A stretch of 32,972 bases of DNA, from positions 1-32,972 of IMG/VR virus record IMGVR_UViG_3300045988_113040, one strand, 5' to 3'. The notes beneath the pieces were generated by a model that was not told where the DNA came from, did no database searches, and was given only the letters and a program-made list of their open reading frames with translations. Of this stretch, positions 29,968 to 32,972 are shown piece after piece. Source of the stretch: a virus. Positions within the stretch are counted from its first letter, which is position 1; each line of letters begins with the position of its first letter. Made by a program: the position numbers and the translations under genes.

Positions 29968-32223
29968 ATGAGCCACACATTCCGCAAGCCGCAGGACCCG
30001 CCCACGCTCGACATCAGACCATACCGGAACATCCCCAACGGCCTCGCACGCGAAGTCAACGGCCTCACCATGGCCGCCCAGACCAGCGAATACACGTTCA
30101 CCGACGCACGACTCCAAACCATCGCCATGCCCGTCATGGACGGCACCGGAAAGCCACGCTGGGAAAACGCCTACTACGACGCCTTCTGGTCGCTCAGAAA
30201 CGGCGACCTGCGCCTCGGCGAAGACGGCGACACCATGTACGCCCGAGACACCGACTGGCTCGGCGGCGACATGCCAAACACATGGCATCCAATCAGCAGC
30301 CTGTCCGAAGAATTCGGCTTCCCCACCGGCAGCCACGCAGTCCGCAACCTCGAACCCATGTTCCGCGCCGAAACGCTCAAACTCCCACGCCTCACACGCG
30401 GAATGCTGTTCGGCAGCACCGCCTTCCAAACCCAAGGCAAGCACGCCGTCACGGTCGGAGAAGCCGACGAAAACGGAGCATACCTGTTCGTTGACAACAC
30501 CCCATGGCTGAACGACCGCAGGAAAACCGCCGAACTCGTAGAACAGGCCAACCGGTTCATCGCCCAGCTCACCGCCGACGATGCGAGCCGCGAAAACCTC
30601 CTACGCATGTTCGCAACCCCGTTCCTAGAACCATACAAGCATCTCTTCTACGTGTTCTACGGACACGGCGGCGACGGCAAAAGCTTCCTACTCGGACGCT
30701 TGGGCGACTCCTACCCGGACAAGGCCGGAGGCATCAGCATCAAAGCCCTCAACTCGCCCAGCGTGTTCGAAAGCGGCAATGAAGCATTGAAACTCGACGG
30801 ACGCTATTGGACGTACGACGAGGAAGGCGACATGCTCACCGACAAGGACATGGGCATCATCAAACGCATCGCCACCGGCGACACCATCCACGCCAGAGGC
30901 GTCGGCCGTAACAGCGTCAACGTGCGCTCGCAGGCAACGCTCGTCATCGCAAGCAATCATCCGCTCGCCATCAGCAACGGCGACGCCAACATGCGTCGCC
31001 TCGTGCCCGTCATGTTCGCCGGACGCAAAACCCCGCAGCAGATGCAGCCGCTCGCCGACTTCATCGACCAGTACGGCATGACCCCGTTCATGCTCGCGAG
31101 CGCCATCCTTTGGGCCGACAAGCCGTTGGACGACGACATCCACCGCGACATCAGCTTCAACGACAGCGAACAGGAGCTGGACGAACGCGCCATGTGGATT
31201 GTCAACGAAATCTGTGAAAACGGATACGCCGACACGCGCCTCTGCCCATACATCGGCCACACAAGCGGCGACACGTACAAGATGCTCGGCGTCGGACTGC
31301 GCAGCAAGCGCATCGACGGAAAGGTCTGCTCCGTCCGCGTCGTCATCGACGAAGACCGTTTCGCACCATACCGCGAACGCTACGAACAGGAGCTCGAGGT
31401 AAGCCAACTTCCACTGCTCGAAGACCTGCCCGTACCAGAAATGCAGACCGACATGGAACGGCGCGTCACCGAATACGGCGAAATGGTCGACGTCAAAGCG
31501 CCCGAAGGCTTCAAACTCCACAAGGAGCCAACCGACCCGTCCAATCCGAAAGCCGTCCGCAACTGGAAGAACGGCAAGCAGGAGGATATTGTGGAAATCG
31601 GCCAAGGAGACGTGTACGCCGTCATCCCCCAACCCGGCAGCATCATCATCGACATGGACGCTCCAAAGGACGAGCACAGCCGCCACGGATACGACATCCT
31701 CCGACCAATGCTCGCACCGACCTTCATGGTGCATACGCCGACCCACGGTGGCATCCACGCCTACTACCGGCTTCCAGAAGGCTGGACCGGCAAGCTCAAG
31801 AACACCAACCATGCGGACGGCATTCCGGTCGATGTGAAGGTGGACGGACGCGGATACGTGCTCGGACCCGGTTCCAACATCGACGGCATCGGCTTCTACC
31901 GGCTCGTAGGAGACGAACTCGACGTGCAGGAAGCGCCGCTCGCACTCCTCAACTGGCTGGTCGAACACGGCTACGGCGTAAAACCCATGCCGAAGGCGAC
32001 GCCAGTACCGTCCGGCTCGCCACGCAACGGTCATCCCGACCTCACGTCAGTGCCAGAAGGACGCCGAAACGACACGCTCTACCGGTGGGCTTGGGGACGC
32101 CTCCACAACCACGAGGACAACGAAGCCAACATCCACGACGAACTCAGGCTACGCGGACACGTCAGCGGGCTTGGAGACACAGAAATCGAACGCATCTGGC
32201 AGAGCGTGAAGGAGACGGCATGA
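29968..32223 (+). CDS. Replication protein with an SF3 (P4/D5-type) helicase followed by an AEP primase-polymerase and a PriCT-1-like domain
   Basis: ATG 29968 with AGGAG 6 nt upstream. Walker A is YGHGGDGKS, Walker B is WTYDEEGD, then LVIASNH. AEP motifs are IIIDMDAP, HTPTHGGIHAYY and VDVKVDGRGYVLGPGS. The C-terminus is VPEGRRNDTLYRWAWG. Confidence 0.8.
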   Translation: MSHTFRKPQDPPTLDIRPYRNIPNGLAREVNGLTMAAQTSEYTFTDARLQTIAMPVMDGTGKPRWENAYYDAFWSLRNGDLRLGEDGDTMYARDTDWLGGDMPNTWHPISSLSEEFGFPTGSHAVRNLEPMFRAETLKLPRLTRGMLFGSTAFQTQGKHAVTVGEADENGAYLFVDNTPWLNDRRKTAELVEQANRFIAQLTADDASRENLLRMFATPFLEPYKHLFYVFYGHGGDGKSFLLGRLGDSYPDKAGGISIKALNSPSVFESGNEALKLDGRYWTYDEEGDMLTDKDMGIIKRIATGDTIHARGVGRNSVNVRSQATLVIASNHPLAISNGDANMRRLVPVMFAGRKTPQQMQPLADFIDQYGMTPFMLASAILWADKPLDDDIHRDISFNDSEQELDERAMWIVNEICENGYADTRLCPYIGHTSGDTYKMLGVGLRSKRIDGKVCSVRVVIDEDRFAPYRERYEQELEVSQLPLLEDLPVPEMQTDMERRVTEYGEMVDVKAPEGFKLHKEPTDPSNPKAVRNWKNGKQEDIVEIGQGDVYAVIPQPGSIIIDMDAPKDEHSRHGYDILRPMLAPTFMVHTPTHGGIHAYYRLPEGWTGKLKNTNHADGIPVDVKVDGRGYVLGPGSNIDGIGFYRLVGDELDVQEAPLALLNWLVEHGYGVKPMPKATPVPSGSPRNGHPDLTSVPEGRRNDTLYRWAWGRLHNHEDNEANIHDELRLRGHVSGLGDTEIERIWQSVKETA

Positions 32224-32558
32224 ACCGGCTGACAGGACTGAGAATGGACATGCTCGCACCTCCGACCGGAAAGCTGATGGAAGCCGCGAAACCATACGAT
32301 GTGGACATCATGATGCGGGCGAGCGAAACGTTCAAAGGCGGAGTTCTATGCGAGTTCGACTGCGCCGTCTGCGCCCGCACGCTCGCCATCGTGGACACTT
32401 ATCGCAAACGCTACCGCGTGTTCGACGATTGGACGCGCGTCTGCAAAGCCAAAGACATCGACGAAGCGTGCAAGGCGCTTCAGGAAATATTGGAAAGGAA
32501 GAAAACATGCGAGACACATATCTGGGCGTCTCATACGGAATCATCGTCATCACGCTGA
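32220..32558 (+). CDS. Hypothetical protein (112 aa)
   Basis: ATG 32220 overlaps the upstream TGA, with GGAG 5 nt upstream. It is the inner part of track ORF 32085..32558. Confidence 0.6.
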   Translation: MNRLTGLRMDMLAPPTGKLMEAAKPYDVDIMMRASETFKGGVLCEFDCAVCARTLAIVDTYRKRYRVFDDWTRVCKAKDIDEACKALQEILERKKTCETHIWASHTESSSSR

Positions 32559-32716
32559 CCGCCATGCTCGCATGGGCATGGTACTGTGAATATGCGAACA
32601 CGCCCGTGCACTACACGACGATACAGACCGTCGACGAAGGCGGCTACGAGCACGACTGCCTTGTCGCCACCTACAAGAAAGACATGGCAATTGACTGCAT
32701 CCATCCAAACGATTGA
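32507..32716 (+). CDS. Small membrane protein (69 aa)
   Basis: ATG 32507 with GGAAAGGAAG upstream. TM segment is GIIVITLTAMLAWAWY. Confidence 0.5.
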   Translation: MRDTYLGVSYGIIVITLTAMLAWAWYCEYANTPVHYTTIQTVDEGGYEHDCLVATYKKDMAIDCIHPND

Positions 32717-32888
32717 AAACCAAGCCCGCTCCATGCAAGGCTCCCTCGGACATCTCCTACAAGGAATCCCAACGGACTCCGAAGACCCGAAGACCATCAA
32801 GGCGAGGATAGACCTGCGCAGGGCGTATAATGCTGCTACGGACATCGTGGAACTCGCGATGCGGCTCAGACTGGAAAGGCTGATATGA
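32691..32888 (+). CDS. Hypothetical small protein (start uncertain, TTG 32691 or ATG 32733)
   Basis: It is the 3' part of track ORF 32586..32888. Its stop overlaps ATG 32885 of the scaffold-like gene. Confidence 0.35.
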   Translation: MTASIQTIENQARSMQGSLGHLLQGIPTDSEDPKTIKARIDLRRAYNAATDIVELAMRLRLERLI

Positions 32889-32972
32889 ATTTTCGTACAC
32901 GATACAACCACATCCGACTAGTGGAAGGAACAGACCCGAATGCGACCGGTACCGGAATGGGAGGCTCTGAAG
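32885..32972 (+). CDS. 5' part of the scaffolding-like gene that continues at base 1
   Basis: ATG 32885 with GGAAAGG 5 nt upstream. 32918..32972 duplicates 1..55 in frame. Confidence 0.5.
   Translation, partial: MNFRTRYNHIRLVEGTDPNATGTGMGGSE
32918..32972. repeat. Assembly overlap copy of bases 1..55
   Basis: Exact identity over 55 nt. Confidence 0.9.

Overview
The window is a complete, circularly closed phage genome of about 32.9 kb. Bases 1..55 are identical to 32918..32972, which looks like a 55-nt assembler overlap, and one gene crosses that junction. It is a siphovirus-type dsDNA phage, with a 1333-aa tape measure, a G/GT chaperone pair, Dit/Tal-like proteins, an r1t-type holin and a GH25 endolysin. 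GC is moderately high by eye. GGAGG-type ribosome binding sites, sigma70-like promoters and one apparently leaderless gene suggest an actinobacterial-type host (inference).

Layout:
- A rightward block (29968 through the junction to 5543) encodes a helicase-primase, small proteins, a scaffold-like protein, neck proteins, a Mu F-like protein, TerL and HNH. It ends at a 19-bp hairpin.
- A rightward late block (5879..18629) encodes capsid, tail tube, chaperones, TMP, tail tip, RBP and lysis genes.
- A leftward early block (28547 down to 18736) encodes an amidoligase, an Ntn-type amidotransferase, a recombination module (ERF, gp2.5-like SSB, YqaJ-like exonuclease, VRR-NUC), an SNF2 helicase, dCTP deaminase and MazG.
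- A 1.37-kb almost ORF-free divergent control region lies at 28602..29967.

I could not recognise any tRNA, rRNA, CRISPR array, integrase, invertase or repressor.

Most notable observations:
1. A perfect 25-bp inverted repeat sits inside the receptor-binding protein gene and flanks a 681-bp segment. That segment carries a startless, in-phase alternative C-terminal cassette on the opposite strand, like the Mu G segment, but no invertase is recognisable in the genome.
2. A canonical -1 slippery heptamer lies at the end of the tail tube gene and opens a CBM20-like extension. That extension is followed in frame by a second CBM-like module behind a single TAG.
3. Eleven exact-period 17-bp tandem iterons lie upstream of the early promoter.
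4. An origin-like TGTAGG/CCTACA inverted iteron set flanks a (TA)5(CG)7 tract and A-tracts.
5. An early Ntn-amidotransferase plus amidoligase gene pair.
6. Head-gene order is non-canonical and there is no recognisable full-size portal.
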